DNA of 50,725 nucleotides from an uncultured Legionellales bacterium (GTDB lineage Bacteria; Pseudomonadota; Gammaproteobacteria; UBA1113): NCBI GenBank assembly GCA_964621215.1, contig CAZULF010000002.1, positions 1 to 50,725 of the forward strand, read 5' to 3'. Shown piece by piece: positions 50,664 to 50,725 of this stretch (position 1 is its first letter; each line of letters starts with the position of its first letter). The notes under the pieces were generated by a model. It saw only the letters and a program-made list of their open reading frames with translations, ran no database searches and was not told where the DNA came from. The position numbers and the translations under genes were made by a program.

Positions 50664-50725
50664 TGCGTAGTGTTGTTTTGCGTCTGGCTCAAGAGGAGCC
50701 TCAGACTTTAGGCTGTCATTGACGA

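Overview
About 50.7 kb of an AT-rich (roughly 40% GC by eye, not computed) gammaproteobacterial chromosome. Conserved housekeeping blocks alternate with large, AT-rich, low-complexity, eukaryote-like genes that look like secreted effectors. The housekeeping blocks are: fabD-fabG-acpP-fabF-mltG-tmk-holB; pyrG-kdsA-eno-ftsB; scoBA; lolCD; fadE-fadI-fadJ; emrAB; bolA-yciB; yciO; algC; pncAB. The effector-like genes are: a 1016-aa Hanks-type Ser/Thr kinase with a C-terminal bilobed hydrophobic domain, plus a paralog of its C-terminal region; an ankyrin-repeat protein; and 204-, 768-, 1063- and 604-aa Ser-rich or coiled-coil proteins. Two divergent promoters carry tandem cTTAATatT-N2-cTTAATatT boxes in the position described for PmrA-regulated Dot/Icm effector genes. 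Together with the gene content, this suggests a Legionellales-like intracellular bacterium (inference only). There are two tRNA genes, Ser-CGA and Thr-CGU. tRNA-Thr is followed by a 3.4-kb integrase-less islet bounded by a 48-bp direct repeat of the tRNA 3' end. The islet carries an AbiEi/AbiEii toxin-antitoxin pair and an uncharacterised two-gene module (a trypco2-like small protein plus a 308-aa protein); this module is the best candidate here for an undescribed defence or conflict system. The window is densely populated by at least four families of small palindromic REP/MITE-like repeats. These nest in each other, supply stop codons to genes, and in one case sit in frame inside holB as a 7 x 24-bp tandem array. 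No rRNA, CRISPR array, transposase or integrase was seen.
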